Assembly: GCA_029857955.1 (NCBI GenBank)
Contig: JAOUFY010000001.1
Location: 95,929-159,928 of the forward strand
Direction: 5' to 3'
Length of the DNA stretch: 64,000 nt
Source: Spirochaetia bacterium
Lineage (GTDB): Bacteria > Spirochaetota > Leptospiria > Turneriellales > JAOUFE01
In this document: positions 10,128 through 18,905 of the stretch, piece after piece
How positions within the stretch are numbered: position 1 is the first letter of the stretch
Layout of the letters: each line of letters starts with the position of its first letter
Made by a program: the position numbers and the translations under genes
Notes under the pieces: generated by a model
Seen by the model: only the letters and a program-made list of their open reading frames with translations
What the model was told of the DNA's origin: nothing
Database searches by the model: none

Positions 10128-10293
10128 TATTCTCTCCTTTTTTTTAATTCTAAATTCTTAACTAATATTGAAAGTGTTTTGATAAAAAAGATTTCCTGCT
10201 AACCTTAAAATACAGAAAATAATATAACCATATTTTAAAGCACTCTATGGTTTAAATTGACTTTTTTCTTTTTTAGTGATCTTTGTGTACCCT

Positions 10294-10442
10294 GGTACTA
10301 TGTCTGTTTAATTTATACATGTTCAAACTTAAATTGGCTCCGCATTAATTTTAAAAATGGCGAAGCGCACATACTTGTTAAGTAGCGTTTCCGCTTGAAT
10401 TTGCTTTGCGCAAGCGGAACAAATCAAAAAGACACGGTACTA
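10294..10442. mobile_element. MITE-like intergenic repeat, family A, copy 1
   Basis: About 136-nt core with imperfect terminal inverted repeats (TGTCTGTTTAATTT / AAATCAAAAAGACA). It is flanked by the direct repeat GGTACTA (10294..10300 and 10436..10442). A second copy lies at 39990..40209. Confidence 0.6.
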
Positions 10443-10465
10443 GAGAGAAATCGTTTCATAATACT

Positions 10466-10630
10466 TTAAGGTAACGTACCTTTCGGTAAACTCAACACTT
10501 CATATAGTCCCCAGATCGTATAAAACACAAACATAACTCCCAGTCCAGCAAACAGCAACAAGAAAGGACTGTCGAGTAGTCGTTGACCCAATGGTATACT
10601 TTTGTCTTTATTTTTTTCTAAATCACCCAT
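10466..10630 (-). CDS. unannotated 54-aa single-TM protein, candidate oxidase subunit IIa
   Basis: Hand translation: MGDLEKNKDKSIPLGQRLLDSPFLLLFAGLGVMFVFYTIWGLYEVLSLPKGTLP. AAGGAG lies 5 nt before the ATG. It sits upstream of subunit II on the same strand, as cbaD does in Thermus. It is below the ORF-track length cut-off. Confidence 0.5.
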   Translation of the reverse strand: MGDLEKNKDKSIPLGQRLLDSPFLLLFAGLGVMFVFYTIWGLYEVLSLPKGTLP

Positions 10631-11214
10631 ATTCTCTCCTTGAAATTTATTTAAACTCTTTGTGAAAACTCATAGATAATGTGTGATTACACGAAATTGC
10701 TCAAGAAATTTTTCATAACCCACACTACACAAGTTACAAATCAAAAATTCTTTAATATTTTGAAGTTATAATGAAAAATATAAATTGACCATAACAAATG
10801 AATATTTTATATAAAAAGTAAGCGTTTACCTACTTTTTTATAAATGCAGATTGATACTATTGTTTCTATAAAACAAATATGCCATGTAAATTATTGCTAC
10901 TGCAGTGATTTACATCGGAAGTAATGTTGCCCATATTCCTATTGTTACCCATAATAAAAGAGTTATCCTGTGTTTAGCTCTGTCTTTCAGCACACAGCAC
11001 ATGATGTGTTGCCAGCACAGGTATTACAACAAAAAATTAATCGAGGTCTTGTTAAACCAGTTATACGGAAAAGCAAAGTTAGATACCTGTTCTCAAATTA
11101 GTTTAAATTCTAAAAATTATCTTTTTTAATTTTATTAAATTACTGTATTGACAGTACCACTACATTTTTATTTTTAGTCCTAAGTCTAGTTTCTAAAAAA
11201 AGTTGGTTTTATCT

Positions 11215-11577
11215 ATGATAACGACAAATACAAAAATTACAATTTATTACAATCCTAAATGCAGAAAAAGCAGGGAAGCTCTTCAAATTATCCGAGAAAA
11301 GGGTATTGATCCAGAAATCATTTACTACCTGGATGAACCTCCCAGTACCAAAGAACTTGCTGAAGTATTGAGAAAAATGGGTAAAAGACCGCGAGATATT
11401 TTTAGAAAATCAGAACCACTGTACAAAGATCTTGGACTTAAAAACAAGGATCTTTCGGATGATGTATTGCTAGAACATTTAAACAAACATCCGATTTTAA
11501 TTGAACGTCCAATCGTGGTAAAAGGACAACGTGCTGTTCTAGGACGCCCCCCTGAAGACATCAAGAAAATTCTTTAG
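11215..11577 (+). CDS. arsC: arsenate reductase, glutaredoxin-type ArsC family
   Basis: ITIYYNPKCRKSR catalytic-Cys motif and HPILIERPIV, with close overall resemblance to R773-type ArsC. The ATG at 11215 is preferred over the TTG at 11203. Confidence 0.8.
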   Translation: MITTNTKITIYYNPKCRKSREALQIIREKGIDPEIIYYLDEPPSTKELAEVLRKMGKRPRDIFRKSEPLYKDLGLKNKDLSDDVLLEHLNKHPILIERPIVVKGQRAVLGRPPEDIKKIL

Positions 11578-11607
11578 ACAGGTCATCTTAAAAAGAAATA
11601 TTGCCTC

Positions 11608-12294
11608 GTGTCTATCGAGTCTGTAAATAATTTTCATGAAAAATATAAAATCGTGGTAACTTCGGGACCTACCCGAGAGTTTATCGACACGATTCGTTTT
11701 TTGTCGAACCCCTCAACCGGTAGAATGGGGTATTATATCGCCAAAGCAGGCGTAAATCTTGGTTTTAACGTTACCTACATCCATGGTCCTGTTCCAGCGC
11801 GTTTTTCCAATGTTGACGATGCGGAAAACATATCCGTAATTTCCACCGTTGATATGTTAAACGAGGTTATTAATAGAATCGAACCATTTACAATACTCAT
11901 CATGGCCGCTGCGCCTGCTGATTACAGACCCGAAAAAAAATTTGACCATAAATTAAAAAAGAAAGAAAATCCTGAAATTAAATTTATTCCAAACCCTGAT
12001 ATTTTACAGACCGTACATGAGTTGATTGAAAAAAATAAAACACCTGATGTTCTCTTGATTGGATTTGCCGCCGAAATACAAAATGCACTTGAATATGCCA
12101 CTTCAAAACTGGAAAGAAAGCATCTTGACATGATTTTTTTAAATGACCTGAGTAAATCTGACAGCGGTTTTGGCGTCGATACTAATGAACTTACAGTAAT
12201 TCATAAAGATAAATCGTATGAGAAATGGTCAACCGAAAGTAAAGAAAAACTGGGTTACCGTATCATTAATGAAATCGAAAAATGCTGGGGATAA
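11608..12294 (+). CDS. coaB: phosphopantothenate-cysteine ligase (stand-alone CoaB domain)
   Basis: VTSGPTREFIDTIRFLSNPSTGRMG matches the CoaB signature. 228 aa with no CoaC flavoprotein domain. GTG start. Confidence 0.75.
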   Translation: MSIESVNNFHEKYKIVVTSGPTREFIDTIRFLSNPSTGRMGYYIAKAGVNLGFNVTYIHGPVPARFSNVDDAENISVISTVDMLNEVINRIEPFTILIMAAAPADYRPEKKFDHKLKKKENPEIKFIPNPDILQTVHELIEKNKTPDVLLIGFAAEIQNALEYATSKLERKHLDMIFLNDLSKSDSGFGVDTNELTVIHKDKSYEKWSTESKEKLGYRIINEIEKCWG

Positions 12295-13013
12295 CCTGTG
12301 CCTTATACGACGAGGCGTTTGAATTGATCAAGATTTCAAAAAGACAAAAAAATAATTCTATATCTTATTATTCAGGCACACATAAAGGAATACCTTTTTC
12401 ACTATTTTTAACAAAACCAGGTTTACGTAAAAATACAAACCAATTTATGAAATGGTTAAAGATCAACCACATAACTGAACTTCTTCAAACCGGTTTCTGC
12501 GGAGCACTTTCAAACCTGTATCGGCCTGGCGATGTATGCCAGATTAAACATGTTTTAAGTATAAATAAAATTACAGAATATAATCAACCTTCTGCTCAAT
12601 ACCATTTTACAAATGATGATCATTACATTAAAGATGATAAATCACATAGTCTGCTTACGGTTAACTATCCGGTTTTAACCATAGACGAACGTGACAGCAT
12701 TAACGACAAATATACTGCAGATTTTATCGATATGGAAGCATGGCATATTTGTAATTTACTAAATGACAATTTTCCTGAGGTGAAAAGCAAAATCATTAAG
12801 ATAGTCGGCGATGTTCCGGGAGAAGAACCTCTGATGAGAAATGAAATTCAAATGCGAACTTTTTTTACGGAGCATAGCTTTAAAAATCGAGTTAAAATTT
12901 CTTTAAAAACAGGTATCTCTTTTTTTGAGCTTTACTATAGAAAACGGATGTTACAAAAAACCTTAAAAACCGCAGTTTTAAATTACATGGAAACCAAAAT
13001 AAGAAATAATTAA
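12282..13013 (+). CDS. nucleoside phosphorylase-superfamily protein (MTA/SAH nucleosidase- or futalosine hydrolase-like)
   Basis: Weak motif resemblance (TGFCGAL, DFIDMEAWHI, KIVGDV). It overlaps coaB by 13 nt and thiD by 1 nt, so it is probably co-transcribed. Confidence 0.4.
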   Translation: MLGITCALYDEAFELIKISKRQKNNSISYYSGTHKGIPFSLFLTKPGLRKNTNQFMKWLKINHITELLQTGFCGALSNLYRPGDVCQIKHVLSINKITEYNQPSAQYHFTNDDHYIKDDKSHSLLTVNYPVLTIDERDSINDKYTADFIDMEAWHICNLLNDNFPEVKSKIIKIVGDVPGEEPLMRNEIQMRTFFTEHSFKNRVKISLKTGISFFELYYRKRMLQKTLKTAVLNYMETKIRNN

Positions 13014-13846
13014 TGGAACATCTTCAAGATACAAATTTTATACCCGTCATGACGATTGCAGGGTTTGATAATTCAGGCGGCGCCGGTATTGCTGCCGACT
13101 TAAAAACTTTTATGGCTTTTTCATGCTATGGATTATCTGCTGTTGCTGCCATCACTGCGCAAAACAATGTAAGCTTTTCAACTTACGAACCTGTTAGCTC
13201 ATCTCTTTTATATGAGCAAATTAAAATGTCTGTCAGACAATCCACTCCCCTGTCAACTAAAACCGGAATGTTGGCAACACCTGAAAACATTGAAGCGGTT
13301 TGTAACGCGATCAAGGAATTTAATTTAAAAAATATTTTTGTCGACCCCGTTTTAAAATCATCAACAGGCAGCAAATTGATCTCAGAAAATTATCTTATAA
13401 CTCTTAAAAATAAATTAATCCCCCTTGCTTTTGCGGTAACACCTAACAAAATTGAAGCAGAACATTTATCTGGAATTAAAATCGAGTCCTATGAAGACGT
13501 ACAAAAATCAGCAAAAATAATTTTTGAAATGGGTTCTCAAAACGTTATCATTAAAGGCGGGCATATGGATTTTGATCAAAATGAAAGTATTGATATGCTC
13601 TATAACGGAAAAACTTTTGTAAACTTTTCAAATAAAAAACTTGCTTCCGCCTCGTTTCACGGAACCGGGTGTACATTTTCTGCTGCTTTATGTTCCTGTC
13701 TGGCAAGAGATTTTAACATAGAAAACGCAATTAAATATTCAAAAAGATATACTTTGCAGACGATGGTTGAGCAATTAACCAACACTCCCAAAAGTATTTT
13801 AAATCATAATGTTCAAATCAATGCCACAGAGTTATCAACTCCATGA
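13013..13846 (+). CDS. thiD: hydroxymethylpyrimidine/phosphomethylpyrimidine kinase
   Basis: IAGFDNSGGAGIAADLKTF N-terminal motif and GTGCTFSAA near the C-terminus. Confidence 0.85.
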   Translation: MEHLQDTNFIPVMTIAGFDNSGGAGIAADLKTFMAFSCYGLSAVAAITAQNNVSFSTYEPVSSSLLYEQIKMSVRQSTPLSTKTGMLATPENIEAVCNAIKEFNLKNIFVDPVLKSSTGSKLISENYLITLKNKLIPLAFAVTPNKIEAEHLSGIKIESYEDVQKSAKIIFEMGSQNVIIKGGHMDFDQNESIDMLYNGKTFVNFSNKKLASASFHGTGCTFSAALCSCLARDFNIENAIKYSKRYTLQTMVEQLTNTPKSILNHNVQINATELSTP

Positions 13847-13854
13847 CCTAATCA

Positions 13855-14013
13855 TTACTTACTGATTTTTTTCTCGACAAACTTTACGTATTTTCTGATT
13901 TTTGGATCAAATTTATTAACTTCAACTTTTTCAGAGTGAAGTTTCTTGTTTTTTGTTGTTGTGTAAAAATAACCAGTACCAGCAGTAGATTCAAGTTTTA
14001 TAATTTCGCGCAT
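13855..14013 (-). CDS. rpmG: 50S ribosomal protein L33 (not in the ORF track)
   Basis: Hand translation [52 protein letters not shown] closely matches the L33 consensus ([16 protein letters not shown]...KFDP). 52 aa, the Cys-less form. Confidence 0.9.
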   Translation of the reverse strand: MREIIKLESTAGTGYFYTTTKNKKLHSEKVEVNKFDPKIRKYVKFVEKKISK

Positions 14014-14166
14014 ATATCCAGAAAATATCTTAAAAACAAAGTGTCGAGCAAATTATATGCAAATTATCGCCTCCAAAGCGTGAACGCTTATATTTACGAA
14101 TGTAAATTTATCATCGTAATTATTGTACATTGGTTTAAGGTAATTGTTTTGTGCGTCGTTACAAGT

Positions 14167-14199
14167 AAAAAACCAAGACCTCTATGCCTTCGGGTCTTG
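14167..14199 (-). terminator. intrinsic-terminator-like hairpin plus U-run on the minus strand, upstream of rpmG
   Basis: On the minus strand, CAAGACC-12 nt loop-GGTCTTG is followed by G and six T (plus-strand A-run 14167..14172). No annotated minus-strand gene lies upstream of it. Confidence 0.5.
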
Positions 14200-14317
14200 A
14201 GGTTATTTTAAAGCTTCTTTTCAAGAAGCTACCCAGACGAAGCCGCTCCTAAAAAAAATTCTGCTTCAATTTATAATAAATCATTTACGAGGTTACTTTA
14301 ATAATAAAGTCACCCCA

Positions 14318-15250
14318 ATGAATCTTCCTCAGGGCAAAGTCAATAGTGAGCCTGTTTTAATTTACATCCTCTCAAACGCAAGAAGCCTTTACTCTACTCG
14401 ACGATTTTTTGAAGAAGGCATTAAGCGTGGTTATAAAGTAAAAGTATATCCCCCCCTTGCCCTTACATTGTTCATTGAAAAAAGCGGCTGCAAGGTTTAT
14501 TTTCAAAAACAAATTCTTCCAAAACCTGATATCATCATACCCCGAGTCGGTCAAAAAAAAGTCGGTTATACCATGGCTGTCATAAAACAGTTTGAAATGC
14601 TCGATGTAATATCTCTTAATGCCATTCAAGCCATCTCAAGAGCTCGTGATAAACTTAGATCTCTGCAATTACTTGCTCAAAGCAACATTCCTGTTCCGAG
14701 AACTTTTTTTATCGACAACATCAATGAAATTGACATTGCCATTGAGTCAGTAGGCGGCGCTCCGGTTATAATCAAACTATTGGAAGGTACCCAGGGTATG
14801 GGGGTTATACTGGCAGAATCTGTGCGTTCCGCACGATCTATACTGGAAAGTCTGATCAATCAGGGACAACATGTTTTAATCCAGGAGTTTATCAGCGAAT
14901 CTACCGGACGAGACCTGAGAGTGATAGTTTTAAACAACAAAGTCATTGCCTCAATGCAAAGAACATCCATTGGAGATGAGTTTCGCTCGAATGTTCATCG
15001 GGGAGGCTCTCACAGCAACGTTAAGTTATCGATTGAAAGCGAAAAACTGGCGAGACTGGCGACAAGAGTTTTAGGATTAAATTTTGCCGGAGTTGATTTA
15101 ATTGAATCTAAAAGAGGCCCCTTGATTTTAGAAGTAAATCCATCGCCAGGAATCGAAGGTATCGAGTCATCTTCGGGAATCAACGTTGCCGAGCACTGCA
15201 TCATCTATCTTGAAAAAGAGCTTCGTTTAAAGAAAATCTCTAAAAAATAA
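14318..15250 (+). CDS. rimK: RimK-family ATP-grasp ligase (ribosomal protein S6 glutamate ligase-like)
   Basis: ATP-grasp pattern: PVIIKLLEGTQGMGV, DLRVIVLNNKV, AGVDLIES..GPLILEVNPSPG. Confidence 0.85.
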   Translation: MNLPQGKVNSEPVLIYILSNARSLYSTRRFFEEGIKRGYKVKVYPPLALTLFIEKSGCKVYFQKQILPKPDIIIPRVGQKKVGYTMAVIKQFEMLDVISLNAIQAISRARDKLRSLQLLAQSNIPVPRTFFIDNINEIDIAIESVGGAPVIIKLLEGTQGMGVILAESVRSARSILESLINQGQHVLIQEFISESTGRDLRVIVLNNKVIASMQRTSIGDEFRSNVHRGGSHSNVKLSIESEKLARLATRVLGLNFAGVDLIESKRGPLILEVNPSPGIEGIESSSGINVAEHCIIYLEKELRLKKISKK

Positions 15251-15299
15251 AGTGTGATTTATGTTTCAAAATTCAATAAAAATCAATAATTGGCTTTAA

Positions 15300-18200
15300 T
15301 TAAAGATTTTGATATGAAAAGGACTCGCCCGATGGCGTATGATATAGCGTTAAAACAACATGCGAATCAGGAAATACATTTTCAATGGCGCTTTTATAAA
15401 GCATCATGGGAATCTCATAAGTTTCAAGAAGATGTTTTGAAAAATCAGAAAATGACATATGTTCTGGTTTTACATTGGTTTTATAGTCGATGATATGAAT
15501 GGAATTCTCTGCGTCTTTTAAAATCAAATCTATATAACCTACTGCGATTTGTTTCTGATTTTTATAACTTTCATCGATAAATGAAAAATTTTTATCATTT
15601 AAAAACAATTGTGAAAATGGAATTTCTTTACCGATGATTTGAGATGACAAAACCAGATTAAAAAGTGTACTTTTTTTATAAGTCCCCATCAATTCAGTTG
15701 CATACTTCTCTATACTTTTTTGTGCCTGAAAATTAAAAGCATGCGTATAAAAAAGAACCTGTAAAACTTCTTCATGAATTTCAGGATTTTTTAAATTTAT
15801 CAATTCAAACACACTGTGAGCAATCACACCTCTGGTAAGAGCATCTTCAAGAATATTCTGTTGATTATAAAAATCTCCAATTTGAATTTCATCCATATTT
15901 TCTTGATCGCTATTTATTAAACTTTCTTCAAAATGGATTTCAGAAGATTTTTCATTACTTTTATCATAACGAATTCCTTTTTGAGCAGCTAATTTTTTCA
16001 TAATCGATGTGCCGCTTACAAAAGAATACGAAGCTGATGGGTTGTTTTCAAATCGAGGAATTGCGGGAGATGCTTTTGAAATGACCAATTCGCTATATTC
16101 ATCTTCATTATTTTCATCTTTAACGCTAGTACAATGATACCTTTGATAGTAAATAGAATCCATTGCGCTATCATATTCAACTGGCAACCACTCCTCATGT
16201 TGATCTTTGGTTTCATTATTGACTTGAAACTTTTCAGATAACGCTTCATTAAAATATTTTAACAGACAATCGCCATCTTTTAAATTCCCGTGAATGGGCA
16301 AATACAAACGTTCTTTTGCGCGAGTCATGGCAACATAGGCGAGTCTTACCATTTCTTCCTTTTTTTTTCGCTTTAAAGTAGTTTCAATTTTGTTGCCATT
16401 TACTGAACATGATGAAAGATCGCCTTTATATTGAAATACGACATTTAATTGTTTAAATTGAGAATCATCAGAATTAACTGCCGGATCAATTGAAGACTCC
16501 AGAACCAATTCTTCTGATCTATTATTTTTAATCGAAGCTAAATCCGGCATAAATACAACATCAAATTCAAGACCTTTGCTTTTATGATAACTCATGATTT
16601 GCACCGAATTTTGATGGCTATAGGCTTCAACACTTTCATCAACCTCGGGAATATTTTCCAGTTTTTCAATTTCTTCTATAAAATGACTAAACTTCTCGTT
16701 AAAAGTTAAAAATGATATATTTTCCGTTGATACTGCAATTTCCAGAAAACGATCTATACTTTCTTTAATAATTTCACTATTGTACAATAAATTCGTAAAA
16801 GGTAAAAAATTTGAATGATCTAATAAATAAAATATCATATCCGGCAGAGACTGGTTGCGCGATAAAAGTATGCATGTATTAAACAATTCAACAATTTTTT
16901 CTACTTTTAATAAAAGTTCGGAATTCATATTTTTTTCGTGTACAATTTCATTTTGAATGGCTCTTCGGATGTAATCTGAATTAATAACGTTTTCAACCTC
17001 TATATCAGTAAAACCGACTACCGGACACCGTAAAAAACCTGTAAGAGAAATGTTGTCGCTGGTATTGTATAAATATTTACAAAAAAATATTAAATATCGT
17101 TTTGTAAAATTTTCTCCATAATATCGACGTCCTATAAGACTGAAGGGGATATTTTTTTCTTTTAATTGTGCAACATAGGGTTCAAGATTGTCTTTCATGC
17201 TTAAAAATAAAATACAAACTGACAACTTCTTATCTAAAGCAAAAAGTGTTTCAATTTCAGAAGCAAGCCATGTTGCCTCTAACTTACGTTTTACTTTAAT
17301 TTGCTTCGAGTCATTTTCATCTGAACTTTTAAAGTAATTTATATAAACCCCGGGATCGGGCAATCGTGAGTTTTGCGTACCCGGTATAATCGATTCATAG
17401 TTTTCAATATCCATTGAGGTATTGTTTGTCATCGGTGTAAATACCCTGTTAATAAATTTGATAATACGCGGATGACTTCGCATGTTTACAGTTAAATGCC
17501 CGATATAACCTGAATCATGAAAATGAAATTTTTCTTTTTCATGATGAAAAGTTTCTAGATCGGCGCCGCGAAAACTATAAATGGATTGCTTGGCATCCCC
17601 GACTCTGATTAATTTTAAGGATTGTTTTTCTGATGATAATTCTTTACTTTTATTTGCATAGATCGTATCAGCCATTTTAATAAAAATGGAAGTCTGTAAA
17701 GGATCGGTGTCCTGATATTCATCAACAAAAATATAATGATACTGTTTCTGAACCTGCATTAAAATATTTTTATTATTGAGCAATTTATTTGTATAAAAAA
17801 TAATATCATTATAGCTTAAAACACTTTTTTGTCTTTTAAACTCCATAAAATAATTATGAAAGTCCGATAACCCTTTAAAAAACAAATATCGGTGATATTC
17901 ATTTTTTAACGTGTTATTTGTAATGCCTGAATACTGTGGCAATACTGTGCTTTTGAAATGCTGGCGCACTTCTTCATTTACAGAATGATCTTCATTAAAC
18001 GGATATTTCGAAAATAAAATCAAATATTCTTTTAAAATTTTCTGAATATTTTCATGAGGTGATGAATCCAGAATGTATTTTTTCTTGCCTCGATAACTTT
18101 CAGGATATATATCAAGATTATAAAGTTTAATTCGCTGCAATGGATTGTCTTCATGCCGTAAAACACGATTTAAAGTATCGAGTTTACCTCCGAGTGAATC

Positions 18201-18905
18201 GATATTTGCAGAAGCTTCTTCAGAGTAATTATAGCAGGAAAGGTATTCATTAAATCGCATTACGTGCTCATTAAATACTGATTCTTGAAGTCTCCTGAGA
18301 TCATCTTTATTTTTAACAGGAAAGTCCTGGAGACTTAGATTTTCAAGAAGATGGGTTTTTTCAATGATGGATTTAACGTCGGTAAATAAAGAGCCTAGAG
18401 AATTATAACTTCCTGAAAGGATGAGATCTTTCCAGATATTGCCTGGAACTGTATTTTCATTTATTGTTTTAGAAATATAAGATGAAAAAGCATCATGCAA
18501 CATAACCTCGCTTTCTTCTTTTGAAGCGATGGAAAACAATGGATCAATATTTTCATGATAACCGTATTTATGTAAAAGACGAACACAAAAACTGTGAATG
18601 GTTCCAATGGAACTTTCGTGAATTAAACTTAAAGCTTTCTGCAAAGTTTCCGCAACTTCTTTTGATTTTACCTGATCTACTCTCTGGAAAAGCTTTTCTT
18701 CAATTTTCCATTTTAGTTCGGCGGCGGCCTTATTGGTGTATGTAATGGCGGCTACATGTTTAATGCTTTGAAGTTTACCGGATTCAAGAAGCCATAGAAG
18801 TTTGTCCGCAATGATGGTGCTTTTCCCTGTTCCTGCTCCGGCAACGATAAAAATATGACCGTCATATGCAATTACTTCATCACGATTTTTTTGATCAGCC
18901 AGCAT
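15300..18905 (-). CDS. UvrD/PcrA-type helicase fused to a C-terminal PD-(D/E)XK nuclease (AddA/RecB-like)
   Basis: Walker A AGAGTGKS, FVDEYQDTDP, VGDAKQSIYSFRGA, and the C-terminal GYIDLIL...IIDYKT nuclease motif. 1201 aa. Confidence 0.75.
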   Translation of the reverse strand: MLADQKNRDEVIAYDGHIFIVAGAGTGKSTIIADKLLWLLESGKLQSIKHVAAITYTNKAAAELKWKIEEKLFQRVDQVKSKEVAETLQKALSLIHESSIGTIHSFCVRLLHKYGYHENIDPLFSIASKEESEVMLHDAFSSYISKTINENTVPGNIWKDLILSGSYNSLGSLFTDVKSIIEKTHLLENLSLQDFPVKNKDDLRRLQESVFNEHVMRFNEYLSCYNYSEEASANIDSLGGKLDTLNRVLRHEDNPLQRIKLYNLDIYPESYRGKKKYILDSSPHENIQKILKEYLILFSKYPFNEDHSVNEEVRQHFKSTVLPQYSGITNNTLKNEYHRYLFFKGLSDFHNYFMEFKRQKSVLSYNDIIFYTNKLLNNKNILMQVQKQYHYIFVDEYQDTDPLQTSIFIKMADTIYANKSKELSSEKQSLKLIRVGDAKQSIYSFRGADLETFHHEKEKFHFHDSGYIGHLTVNMRSHPRIIKFINRVFTPMTNNTSMDIENYESIIPGTQNSRLPDPGVYINYFKSSDENDSKQIKVKRKLEATWLASEIETLFALDKKLSVCILFLSMKDNLEPYVAQLKEKNIPFSLIGRRYYGENFTKRYLIFFCKYLYNTSDNISLTGFLRCPVVGFTDIEVENVINSDYIRRAIQNEIVHEKNMNSELLLKVEKIVELFNTCILLSRNQSLPDMIFYLLDHSNFLPFTNLLYNSEIIKESIDRFLEIAVSTENISFLTFNEKFSHFIEEIEKLENIPEVDESVEAYSHQNSVQIMSYHKSKGLEFDVVFMPDLASIKNNRSEELVLESSIDPAVNSDDSQFKQLNVVFQYKGDLSSCSVNGNKIETTLKRKKKEEMVRLAYVAMTRAKERLYLPIHGNLKDGDCLLKYFNEALSEKFQVNNETKDQHEEWLPVEYDSAMDSIYYQRYHCTSVKDENNEDEYSELVISKASPAIPRFENNPSASYSFVSGTSIMKKLAAQKGIRYDKSNEKSSEIHFEESLINSDQENMDEIQIGDFYNQQNILEDALTRGVIAHSVFELINLKNPEIHEEVLQVLFYTHAFNFQAQKSIEKYATELMGTYKKSTLFNLVLSSQIIGKEIPFSQLFLNDKNFSFIDESYKNQKQIAVGYIDLILKDAENSIHIIDYKTNVKPEHMSFSDFSKHLLETYEIPMMLYKSAIENVFPDSHVVLTLYHTPSGESFSYQNL

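Noticed and set aside
10905-11129. A 74-aa plus-strand ORF in the long intergenic region upstream of arsC.
   Set aside because: It has a GTG start with no RBS and a Cys/His/Leu-rich improbable sequence. No motif is present. It is treated as non-coding.
14040-14130. A Zur-type operator in the rpmG leader (ATTACGA ... TCGTAAA half-sites).
   Set aside because: The half-sites are everted and 14 nt apart, not the TCGTAAT-N-ATTACGA palindrome. This L33 also appears to be the only visible copy, not a Zn-regulated paralogue pair.
13936-14211. A 91-aa plus-strand ORF in the thiD-rimK gap.
   Set aside because: It runs antisense across the clearly recognisable rpmG (L33) gene and its leader. The sequence is hydrophobic and low-complexity, and there is no RBS.
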